Assembly (NCBI RefSeq): GCF_037042905.1
Contig: NC_087252.1
Location: 12,092,001-12,156,000, forward strand
Reading direction: 5' to 3'
Length of the DNA: 64,000 nucleotides
From: Lytechinus pictus
Lineage: Eukaryota
A program made the position numbers and the translations under genes. Shown here piece by piece: positions 50,719 to 63,159 of the stretch (positions are counted from its first letter, which is position 1; the number at the start of each line of letters is the position of its first letter). The notes beneath the pieces are model-generated. The model did not search any database. It worked only from the letters and a program-made list of their open reading frames with translations, and had not been told where the DNA came from.

Positions 50719-53700
50719 TCATCGTCCTGATCTAAGCTTAAATAAAATATGCAGAACCCTTGTGTTATTTACGGACCGCACAGTGGATGAAGCAGGTAGA
50801 ACTGCCTGACAGAGGAGACGTTTGCCGTGGTCAAACCTATTTGGTATGATGGTCAGAGTGCTTTTGGCATCATATCGATCAGTGCCGTTGATTGATGTCC
50901 TCAGGGTTGAATTTTCTGTGACGTTCCTTGATCCGATATACCAGTGGATGAGAGGAGCAGGGTATCCATCAAGAGCTGTACATGTCATGTTGGTCTCTGT
51001 GCCTTCGAGCATATCCATGATATCACCAGGGACAATCATTACGACATTGTCTGGTTGACCTTCATACAAACATTAAAAAAAAGCTATTGGTCATAGTCAA
51101 ACTTCAGCTGTAGAAGCCTTTTTTTTTACCTAGCCCCGGCAGTATAGTCGGAATCGAACAAAATAATTTTAAATCATTACTAACAACAAAACTGATTTCA
51201 TTTATAAAAAAAAGGCACAGTTGTAGCTATCTTGTAATTCTTTTCAGGTTTGGTAAGTTATTCTAGATGAATTTTCATTGATGATCTGTTGTCCGTTATA
51301 CCATTAACAATATTGACTCTCGGTTCTAAAATCATCGAGGGAAACAACTCACCGTAAACAATTAGTCTAACTGTCAGTATTTTAACAAAGAAGGCGTCGT
51401 CCATATACGAGGAACATGTAATGTGCATTCCATGGTTAATTGCATCTGGTCTTATGGTTATGGTACTTTCAGTGTCAAACAAAGTGTCGTCTAAAACACT
51501 CCCATAACTTGATACATTTGCGTTGATCGGAGTCCTGTCAGAAGCACCAACTAACCAAAATGATAGCTCAGTTGCTGGAAATGACCCGATGCTTTTACAA
51601 GTGATTGACGTCGGTGAATCTTCTTGAACGTTTATAACTGTTGATTGAGACTGGTTACCTCTATTTAGAAAGAGCAGCACACTGGAAGGAAGAACTGTAG
51701 GTATGGCAAACAAGAGAAGAATCGTAAGAGAAAGTAGTAGAACAAAGAAGGAAGCATTGTATGATATGCGGACAGGCCCTTTGTGAAAAGCAGTTTTGTT
51801 ACTTAATGATACCGCGTGTAAATAAACAAGAGATGATGTCAATATAAAAAAGTAAGACAGAAAGAAAAATTGTGTTCACTGCGGAATGATGCTTAGAAAC
51901 TGGTTCGTCATTATGTAGATATGCATATAAATAGATTGAAAAGGAGCTTTAATCGACGTAAAGTGTTAGCATATTTTGTTCAATGTTTAAGCTATTGTGG
52001 ATGAATTGAGTGTTAAAAAATTTTGCAAGGACTGAAAATCTAGGATTGATATCAATACGTGTACACGTAATGATTCCCTGAATGAGACATACCATGAACA
52101 TTCAGAAGAACCGAGGATCTAAGACTCCCTTGTATTTCCGGGTGTGATGCGATGCAGCCGAGACTCTTTTCGTGGTCAACTCTGGTGGGTATGATTGTCA
52201 AAGTTTTCCGGGAGATGTAAGATCCGTCTTGAATGACATCAGATTGATCCTGATGAACAACGGTCACGTCCTCTGGTATTAGCCATTGCAGTACTGCGGG
52301 AGGCCTTGCCCTATTTGCTCCACATGTGATGCTAAACGACTCTCCAGCAGTTATACTTATATTGGCGTTGTTCAAGTATTGCCGGCCCCAGTGGGCGTCA
52401 GACATGAAAACCCGTGAGGGTGGAACTGGAGAAAAACACAGTACATTAGAAATAAACACCCTCATCCCAAATAGTTCCTTACCATTTCATTTTTTTGAAT
52501 TATTAATCACTGAATGATTTTCTTGTTGGCGAGTATGAACTCATGCAAAATTGTCAATGGGATAAATAAACAAATAAATAATAAAAAGCAATAAAACAGT
52601 TTAATATTATTTACATTATGTATCACCTTAATGACAAACAATTATTTGTATTCATATTTATTAACTTCTTACAACTAACACGTCGGAAAGAGCCCGTTAT
52701 ATGAAATGATACAGAAAGCAGGGGGGACGGGGGTTATCTACAGCTAAAAATATATACAATTAAATCACCTTTCACATGTTTGGTGAACAAAAAGCATCGT
52801 CGATAAAATCTTTGCAGTTTATTCATGGGCCTTTTCACACGTTAATCTTGAATTCGTCTTTAGAATCAACGGAACTTTCACACGGAAGATTCGTACCGTA
52901 ATTTGGATGAAATTTTACTGGAATTTCCCTCCGGAGTAGAATTTGACTTCGTGATTGTGATTAGCGTTCGTGATTCTTGTATGGTTTCACACGTGCTAAA
53001 AATCGTCATTACCCTTTTTTTCACTGGAATCCTTATTCAAATTACTATTTTTTACTGTTTTAAACTGCGAATAGTCACGAGCTCTAGGTAAAATGGGTAA
53101 GGGCTTTCATTACAATGTCTTTTCAGTGGGTAAGAATGATGGGACAATATTGGATGAGTAGGCCTACGCATTCGTAGATATTTGATTTTATGTCATCGTG
53201 CTCATTATGGTTAATACAAATACTTCGTAGGGAGGTTTTTTATCTTTCTGTAAGAACATGGTCATGATTTAGAAATTGCTAAGATTAAAATGATGTAATG
53301 CGTCGCAAAATAGCGTGCGTGCTTAAAAAAACGAAAATCTTAGCTAGGTGGAATGACATGCTGTCCAACCCCCTCCCCCTTTTTTCTTACCTGGATTTAG
53401 TACTTCCAGTATTTCAGTCGCTGAACGTTCTCCATGTAGGTAAAACACATTGCATGTGTATCTCCCATTGTCACCAGCGTTCAAATTAATTATTGTAAGG
53501 GATGTGCTGCTGTCATCTCCCAATAACCTGTACTTAGTAGGATTAGAAATATTAGGTGTACATTCACTTGCAGTTGTGCACCACTCAGACGCAATTGGTG
53601 TTTCTTCGTGTTTCCACTTGACAGTGCGAAGATTCGAAGGAGGCCAATAGATGCACTCCATCGTAAAATCTTCTCCTTTGACTGGTAGGGTCTGCGTTGG

Positions 53701-54329
53701 TTGAAAATAAATCGTGGCTGTAGACACGGTAAAGGGAGAGCCTGCAAATTGATTGGGTGGGAATATTGTCAATTATTGGTAATGATAGACGTATTGCTAA
53801 TACATAGTACTTTACAAAACGGGCATCTATTTTAGACTATCCAGAGCTGCAAAATGACATCTTTAAAGATTCGCCTTGATATTTTACTCAAACGTGACAA
53901 AAGGGTTCAAAATTGCATTTGTTCGTGTTTTGCTGCAGGTTGCACTATTTTGCGAAGGGTAACACCCTTCGTGCACCTTAAATGCGTAACAGTCCAGGAA
54001 GCGCATTCTGACAGACTTGAACAACGGAATTGATTGAAAGAAAATATTTTCTGATCCTGCTGATTGCAGGCATGAATGGGAAACATTTTTTATTTGTCTG
54101 CAGTCTGCTTTGACCTTAAACATTAAAGTAATCATAAAGTAACGGAAGAAGTCCTATTTTCTATATTCTTTGTTTGATTAATACCCTCCCTTTACAAAGA
54201 GAAAATGAAAAAAAAGCTACTATAAGCCAATAGGTATAGATTCAAATTTATTCAAATTTAATATATCAAATTCGACATACCTTGGCCAAAAACAAGAAGA
54301 GCAAACAAGCACCAAATATGGTACTCCAT
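50719..54329 (-). CDS. G9: predicted secreted L-V-C2-C2-C2 IgSF protein, about 471 aa (paralog of G6)
   Basis: L 54281-54329 (MEYHIWCLFALLVFGQ), V 53391-53741, A 52093-52425, B 51353-51694, C 51059 to stop at 50719. The ancestral donor reads T/ttaagc (GT lost). Confidence 0.85.
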
Positions 54330-55105
54330 TTGAGATCAGAGTGATAGTATCCAATCCAATAATCCTGGTAACAAAGAAACATTCAATATCAAAATGTAAG
54401 ATAGTTGCAGTAGGTGAGACAAATTGTTTTTTAAGACATTTCCATGTGTCTCAAATACATTGATGTAATAATGATGACGGTGAGATTTATTCGTTTACTT
54501 TCGCTAGCCTATGCCGATAAGCACATCTCATGTACGACTTAATGTCTTAGGGTGTCAGCGGTCGAAAATGAAAGTACGATATTTCATTTATCAAATATAT
54601 AGCTGCATTTGTTCGGACGATAGAGTGTGCTCTTTCCCATAGCCGGTTTGATGTCGAGGTTGCTTAACCGAGCATACAATGGATTGGAAGGTATCCAGAG
54701 AACTGTCATGACACATACGCTTCGGGATGACCTTAGGCAAGGACATCATCGCACCGCCATCTTAGAGGGCTTTGCCTTACATGCCTTGTTGATCTTTAGC
54801 TGACGCAAACCGTAAAACCAACCATAGTTTGAATGTTTGACACATGCATTCTTATGAGATTAATTTGATAGACTTTAAAAAAGGATTTCATTCATTTTAA
54901 TTCGATTTTTCTTTCGAAACCTTTTTTTTTTAATTCCTTTTTTGCAGTTTGTGAACCCCTTAAAATCGGACCAGGGGAGATCACATCTATCTGTATATTA
55001 GATAAGCGCAACTGCATTCCAGTCAAGTCTGTCTAATCTAAAATATATGTTTTTTTTTTGTTCATTCCTACCGAATTCATAAGTTTCTACAACCTCCTGA
55101 TTGCA

Positions 55106-56850
55106 ATGGCTTCCAGTACCAGCAGAGAAAAGAGAAAAGAACTCGGGAACATCACGGTGAGATTTGGATATACGATATAGATTATAAACCAATCAGAAGT
55201 TACTGCAGACAACATGGATTTTTTTTTCAGTCTATGCGCTACAGGAAATCAGGAGAAAACATGTAGGGTAAAGAATATCCAGGATGCAACCTCCGACTGC
55301 AGGAACAATTTGGGTGAGAAGCAGCACAAGAGAGCAGAAGCAGAAGCGCAGTCTTAAAAAACTACGATCGCGTCCGTAAGTAAGCATTTCCTGGCAGTCA
55401 ACGATAACTTTTAGGTTGCTTCCGAAGAAAAGTTAAAGAGAGCACGGAACAAAGAGAACAGAACTATCAAAATGATCAACGATGAAGAGGAGCTGGAAAT
55501 CTCTACTACAAGAGGTAATAGGAAAAAATGTGTCGACGTATGGAAGGTTGAAACAGCGAAGCGAGAGAGAATCATCGAAAACCGAGAAGAAATTCTTCTT
55601 TCAGATGTGATGGCAATTAGCGAAATCATTTCTAAAATGATTTAAAGGATCTTAATAGCCGAACTATGCATGAAATAGATACATTGAATAATATTCAATC
55701 GACATTTATATAAATAACCAAACGGGATAAAACATTGGTGAATCAAACTCCTCAGGTACTAACATTTTCTGAAGAAACATCTATAAATGTGTATTAAGAC
55801 GCTGGCCACATCCTTTGTGAAATTAAGAGAGTGAAGTTTGTAGAGGGGGGATTTGGTGGATAATAATATGGTAGAATTGATGGGTACATCGGTAAACGGG
55901 AACTTGTCAAGTCAATCTATATTCCGCCTGTCATCAAGAAACCGGGGATTCGTGGATTAATCAGTGATGATGAAGCTTTCGTGTGGGACGAGGACAGAAA
56001 CTCCATGTATGCTACAAATATCAGCACAGGAATCACTCATTAATCGTTCATGAAGATCGGAGCATGTATATCACATCAGTTACCCTCAATAAACAGGGAC
56101 GTGGTAGTCTGTGAAAAGTGGAAACCAGGTGACAGCCTGGATGAAGCATTGTCGCTTTGAACTGTTAAATTCATTTGAATTTCGTTGTCGATAGCATTTT
56201 TTTTTTCATTAACCAGTTTTTTTTAATGCGTCAGTCTCTACTACAGAAAGACAAATGTTACTAAAAATGTCAACGTAGGTCTACCTGTCCAAAGCTTTGA
56301 CAGCGTTGCTGGTAATAATTGCCAGTACGATGATGTTGACAGAAATTGGATGATCCTTACCAATCAACCCAAGCAGTGCAATATATATGTCATCAGCCTA
56401 ACCGATTCGAAAATAACAAGTACCATCGCAATACAGAGTAAGAAAGTATTTGGTGAAATACACGTCTTGTCAACAAGTGATATCGTTTTGAAGTCGGATT
56501 TGGATGACTTCACTGTCGTTTAACGAACAGGGGAACAGAAAGTTGTCATGCACTGCGATGATTGGTTGTATGCACGTATAGTCACGTGGACAAACTCACA
56601 TATACTCTCTCATAGTCTGCATTAGCCGAAGGGATGGGGCGCGTAAAAATTGCGTAGTTGATCAGGTTTCCTTTGATGGTATCATTCAGGCGAAGATCAA
56701 TGAGGAATCAGATCGTGATTATTACCTCAACCCGTGTCTTTATACCCCCTTCTGGTCGGCTTGTAAAGGCTGTGATGGAGACAAGCTCCTATAAAAGATT
56801 CATCGTGTAGTTCACCATTGCCTCTGAACGAAAAGCCTATTGATTGAACA
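55106..56850 (+). pseudogene. Decayed TRIM/NHL-like intronless gene, copy 2
   Basis: Collinear, highly similar duplicate of 33159-34930 sharing most lesions. Confidence 0.45.
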
Positions 56851-56862
56851 TGTGTCTGATTT

Positions 56863-59615
56863 CAAATTCAAATTCAAATTCAAATTCAAATTCATTTATT
56901 TCACATCTGTAAAAAACATACAAGATACAATATATGATTAACATTTATTACCAAAAAAAGACCATCCTGCAATCAATTGATTAAATTGCAAGAAACACAC
57001 ATTTCAAAATAAACGAAATCAACAAACTAATGAAAAATTTGAAGAAAAAAAATAACAACTACATTACAAAAAAATATGTTTAAAAAACATACACATAAAA
57101 GCAAGCAAGCTTATTCACTGAGAACATGGTGAAGTATACATATTTAGAGGGTAAGACTTACATCTTACTTTAAATGAATTTAGCGAAGGACTTTCTTTTA
57201 TTTCAGGGGGCAAACTGTTCCATATGAGTGGTCCACTATAACTTATGACTGTTCTTGAGAAAGAAAAGCGGTAAAAAGGAATGTATAAATTATGAGAATT
57301 TCTCGTATTATATTTTTTTACACTGCGATTTGTTTTAAAATAACTGTTAATTGTGTCAGGCAACTGATTATTGTAGTATGAAAACATAAAAATTGCAGTG
57401 TGAAGGGTATGTATATCATAAATTTTTAGAATCTTTAATTTACGGAATAATTGATGAGAGTGAGCTAAATATGGGGAATTTGTTATTATTCTTATTGCCC
57501 GTTTTTGTAAGCGAAATAATTGTAGCTTTAAATAATTTGCACAGTCCCCCCATACGATATTGCAATAGCTGAGATGCGTGAGTATCATTGTATTGTATAA
57601 TTGAACACGAATATGCAATGGTAAGTCACCTTTGATTCTATGGTTTGAGAAATCTTCATAGAAATATTATTTACATGTTGTTTCCAACTCATGCTATCGT
57701 CAATTGTGACACCTAGGAATTTCGTATATTGAACTTTCTGAATTTCAAAATCATTTATATATAATTTTATGGAGTTTTCTTCAATTTTCTTATTTTTAGG
57801 CTTAAAAATCATAAAAGATGTCTTCTTAGTGTTAATTTGTAGTCTGTTGGCTTGGAACCACATGTGAACTTTTTCTATTTCAGAATTTAAAATATTATTT
57901 AATTGAATGGGATCCTTACCAGATAAAAATAAACTTGTATCGTCTGCAAATAAGGTAGTAGTTAAAATATCACTTACATGTTACAGGTCATTGATGTACA
58001 ATATAAAAAGAAGAGGGCCTAGGTTAGACCCCTGGGGTACCCCTACTCTAATGTCCTGAAAGTCTGAATGAATTTTGTTGATGCACACACATTGTTTTCG
58101 ATTTCTTAAGTAACTGATTAACCACTTCAATACTGTCCCTCTAAACCCGTATGATGATAGCTTATCAATTAAAATATTATGGTCTATACAATCGAATGCT
58201 TTAGATAAGTCTAAAAATACACCAATCGTTATTGCTTTGTTTCATATTCCTTAGCTATTTTTTCAGTTAAATCAATTAATGCATGAGCAGTGTTGTATCC
58301 CTTTCTGAAACCGAATTGCTTGTTATATAATATGTTGTGTTTTGAAATAAATGCTATCAATTTGTCATATACTATTTTTTCAAAAACCTTGCTGAAAACT
58401 GATAAAATTGATATGGGTCGGTAGTTAGTTACTAGTGTTTTATTACCATTCTTAAAGATAGGAGTTACTTTAGCAAGTTTTAAAGAGTTCGGAAACACAC
58501 CATTTTCAAGAGACATATTAATGATTTTACATAAAGGGGAAACTTTTGCATGAATTGAATATTTAACTACCTTAGGACTAATATCATCGTAACCCGCGCT
58601 TTTATTCGCATCCAATTTCAAAATGACATCATATATATTTCGTTCTGTTACTGGCGTAAAGTACATAGAATGACAAATACTGTGTTTCATAAACCTTTTA
58701 AAGTTATTTTCTTGAGATAGATTTCTAGTACTCTCATGTATTTTAGAACCAATACTACTAAAAAAATCATTAAATACACTTACAATTTCTTGCTGATTAT
58801 CGGTCACTTCTCCATTATTTTCAATACTATAATCAACATCTCTATTCTTATTTTTTGTTAAAATGTTATTTATTATTTTCCATGTCGCTCTAGAATTGTG
58901 TTTTACATTTTCAAATTTATGATGATAGAATTCACGCTTCTTTTTACGAATGAAGCTATGGACCATGTTTCTGTAACTTTTATATACATTCTCTCTATAG
59001 GAAGTTGGGTTCTTTAAAAATTTCTTATATAAAAAGTATTTTCGTTTGCACATTTTCTTGATATCCGTATTAAACCATGACCTTTCTGTAGATGTCTTTT
59101 TTATTTTAACATTTGTTATTGGAAAACTTTCATTATATAGTTTTTTGTAAATGTCTAAAAATATATCATAAACTTCATCAACGTTTTCTGTATTGTTTAA
59201 ACATGTCCAATCAACACACTGTAATTTTCTACAAAATGTAATCATATTTTTTTCACAGAAGTCTCTTATAGGGTAATGGGTCTTTGAATTATTAGAGATT
59301 AAAGGACCTTCAATTATGACGAAAGGGGTTAGGTGATCACTGACATATGTTGTAATGATACCAGCTTCTACGACATTTTCAGGTTGGTTATAAAATATAT
59401 TATATAATATTGTTGCCGAATTACTTGTTATCCTTGTGGGTTTATTAATTAATGGAAAATATGAAAAGGTAGAAAAAATATTAACAAAATCATGATTACA
59501 TGACATTAAATCTAGGTCCATCAAATTAACATTAAAATCCCCCATGATAATACATTGTTTTTTCTCACTTGAGATTTTGCTTAAAGGTATTTGAACTGTT
59601 TCTAAAAAATATTTT
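56863..59615 (-). mobile_element. 5'-truncated CR1/L2-group LINE, ORF2 (APE endonuclease + RT) with frameshifts/stops
   Basis: Motifs IMGDFN, PTRIT, SDH, NYRPISILSVFSKVFEK, QFGFR, DLSKAFDC, GVPQGSNLGP, LFADDT, KFLGV, IWNSLP; (TTTGAA)n 3' tail at about 56863-56895. Absent from the paralogous site at about 34940. Confidence 0.93.
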
Positions 59616-60407
59616 AATGCCTGCATTGATTTCAGTGTATAGTGAATCGTACACAAGAATCAGCCCTACGATCAATTATCAAGTTTCAGGTTAGAGTGCC
59701 CAGAAAGGTTACTGTCGTTTGTTATGATCATCATCGTATGGTTACAACAAAATATATGTCACAAATATGACTAACGTGTATGTAATAAAAGATTTCAACG
59801 TAGGCACATATTAAACGGGGGTAAAGTCTCTTTGATGATACGTTAGATCCCATCATTCCTATCGGATGTTTTCACCTGCTTTTTTATCCAATTTGCTTCA
59901 AAATAATGGATTTCTTTCGTTGGAATGTATACGTAATGTAAAATGTATTGCCAGGTATGTTGTTTGATGAATACTTCCACATAGCAATACATGCACTGTA
60001 TATTTGTAAATACAAATATCGTCAATATCTCGTGGTGTGATCCGTTCTTTAATCCACTAGAAGTAGAGGGCATACAGGGTAAGCTGGCTCCCATCATGCT
60101 TTTTTTGGTGAATCTGATTCATGCTATTACCTTCTTATCTTTGGCTCTCTCAAAACAATGTGGTCTGAATTTGTGTATATGTGTGTCCCGTCTCCTTCAT
60201 TGAAGATTTTCATTGATTGTCATAAACATATACATTCATTCATTATTTTAACCCACTGTATTCTTTAGCATCACTATCAAATGCATTGGTGTGTATTGTG
60301 TTGATATTCTGTTATCCATTTTGTGGAATATGACAATAAAAAAAATCAAACCTGATTCGACCTACCGACATTATTTCTGCATGTCCAGCTCTGATGCACC
60401 TAGGTTC

Positions 60408-62444
60408 TCAGGCAGCGAGGATAGTCGAAGATGTCGTCTGGTGTTGATTGACGATGAACCAAGAAGGTAAATCGGGTCTAACTGCTGTGTAAAGTTAATT
60501 AATTTGAAAATAATTGATAGTTAGCTAAGTAGTTTATCTAAGTAACTCTATAGACACAACAGGTGGATAACATTCATCTCATTAACGAAATTCAATTACG
60601 AATTAATTCTAAAGACGATAACTTAGTTGGCCAAGAAACGTTTCTGTTGTGCATAAATACGCTATAGATATTAACAAAATCTACCAATTCACCGAAAAGG
60701 GATTACACAAACGTAACAAACAGATCCTAAAATTCTGCATTACTCAACCGAGTTCCTTGCTTTAGAAATATAATTGGAAAACATCGAAAATCATATTGAT
60801 ATTATACTGAATAACTAGGCACCTGTTATGTTTAAAACCATGCTATCATTCACAGACCAAGTGGTGGATAATGTAGGTAGAACTGCCTGGCACAGGAGAT
60901 GTTTCCCATGGTCCGACCTCTTTGGCACGAAAGTCAAAGTACTTTCAGCATCGCATCGACCTGCATCATTTTCACTAATATTCAGGGATGAATGACCTGT
61001 CATATTTCTTGAACCTATATACCAGTAAATGCGAGGAGCTGGGTACCCACTAGCAGCCTTGCACATCACGGTGACTTGTATGCCTTCTTTTAATTCAGCA
61101 GGGAAAGTCATAACGACCTCATCCGGTGGTGCTGTAGCATGTTAAGAGAAATGCAAAAAGCGACACGTTCTATTAAAGCATCAAACTCAATAGCGGACAT
61201 GAGTGATCTGCTAGATGAAGCTTTATTTTTACATTTAAATAAACATTTCGGCCTAATCAATTACCATATATTACTTTCCCAAACGCCCATTCTAGAAGAT
61301 TATAATCATTCTAGAAGATCAGCCAAGATCAGCCAAAAGACATCCAATTGGTATATCAACGAATGCCACACACACACACCTCCCTGGTTATACAGCTTAG
61401 CAACTTTTTAGTAACTAACTGCCCCTGACACATCTGTTAAATGCCAACAGAGACATACATATATGCATAAAGAAATGAAATATACACTTACCATAGGTTG
61501 ATATTGTAACAAACTGTCAATCGACATAATCTTCACCCAGATATATAAAGCACCAGAGAATCAACCCTTGATACTTCCTATACAGATGCAATTTGTAAGT
61601 ACTAACGGTATCAAAGAGACTTTCGTCTACATGATTTTGAGTATTCGACAGAATAATACTTCCAGGAGGAATATCAGGGTCGTCAATTCTCCATATCAGT
61701 TGAACTGCCGGTCGTGATCCAATACTTTGACAGCTGATCGAAGCCGAGGAACCTTCTTGAAGGTAAATAACTGTTGATGATGTCTGGTAGTCTTTGTCAT
61801 TTCCAGATTGAAAGATTGTCGTGCTAGAGGGAAGAACTTTATAGGAAAGATGAAATAAAGATGGAAGAATCTGCGATATCCTGTATGTCAATTTGAAATA
61901 GTTTGTGCTTAAGACAAATACCCTTTTATGTCTTGTGTAATGACGGAGACATACTATGGGTTAGATTTTAGGCATGTTGTGGGAGCACATTTAGTGGTTT
62001 ACAAAAAAAAACAGACTTATCTAAACAACAGAATATAATTTACTAAACTGAGGAAAATGTCAGTAAAATCACTTTTGTTTTTGGTTTTCTGTTACATCAA
62101 GTTTGTTAACATACCGTGAACATTTAGGAATACAAAACACTGACGATCACTCTGGAGTGTTTGATGTGACGCAAAGCAGCTGATATGCTTTCCTTGATCA
62201 TTCGCAGAGGGCGTAATGGTAACAACCTTCCGAGACGTGTAGCTGTTGCCCGTAACGACATTAGTCTGGTCTTGTTGGTTGGAAATAAGATCATCAGGTA
62301 CAATCCAGTTAAGGACCGCAGGAGGCCCTGCTTGCGAAGCTGTACATGTATACACATTTGGCTCCCCGGCCATTACCGTTCGAGTATTGTTATCAGAGCA
62401 GAGACGGCTTGATCTATCGGTAACTATGATTACTGTAGGCGAAG
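60408..62444 (-). pseudogene. G10: G7 paralog, partial (V and L not in window), premature stop in exon B
   Basis: A 62115-62444, B 61492-61836 with in-frame TGA at 61517-61519 (G7 has GAA CAA, G10 GAT TGA), C 60823-61131, FN3-start 60408-60481 with the same Trp-to-TGA as G7. Confidence 0.72.
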
Positions 62445-63159
62445 CTGTGAAAGAAGATAGAAAACTCATGAGGAGTGTAATATAATATCTATACACAATT
62501 ATTCACAATTTAAATAGGTTCAATGTGTGTGGGGTGTGTGGGTTTATTGATTTCTTAGAAAGATGACCTTCATAATTCGAAAGCCAATTAACAGACGTTA
62601 TTTCAACGACCGTTTCAGAAACAAATTTTGAATTGTATTTTTGGGTCACATTATAGGCACTGACGAAGAGTATGACCTTTTCTTTCATTTTTTAGAGCTA
62701 CGCTCCTTTTAAAATCTATGATTTTATTTCTACGCCATATGCATTATTCATTATCTATTCTTGGAGTATGTTACATTTAATAACAGTACGTATATTTGTG
62801 GATGTCGATAAAGCTTGAATCGAATTATGAATGAACACATTCCTAATATTGTAAATAAAAAGTATTTTCCTCATAAAACAAGTGTAATTGGTTACCAGTA
62901 AACAAGTGAGATCGACGGTGTATATAAACAAAATAAGTATTGAATGATTTTTTTTAATTCTTTTCGCATTTTCTGTCATGATTGTTATGGTTGAGTGCTG
63001 ATGAATTTGTTAAGCTTTGTTTATTAGTTTGTTTCCTTTCTTAGCGTTCAGTTGAGCAGAGAGTGATCGCGTTTCACGTACTTAAGATATCGTACTGTAT
63101 TTCTAGTTTAAAATGTTATTGTTGAAATTGGGTTGACTTTAATTTGATTAATCAAAAAT

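Larger units (their letters stand above)
41882..63148. repeat. Segmental duplication, copy B (orphan promoter, G8, G9, TRIM-like pseudogene, G10)
   Basis: Begins gaagacatcctcgatg (cf. about 21353). Differs by LINE insertions and absence of the foldback element. Confidence 0.85.
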
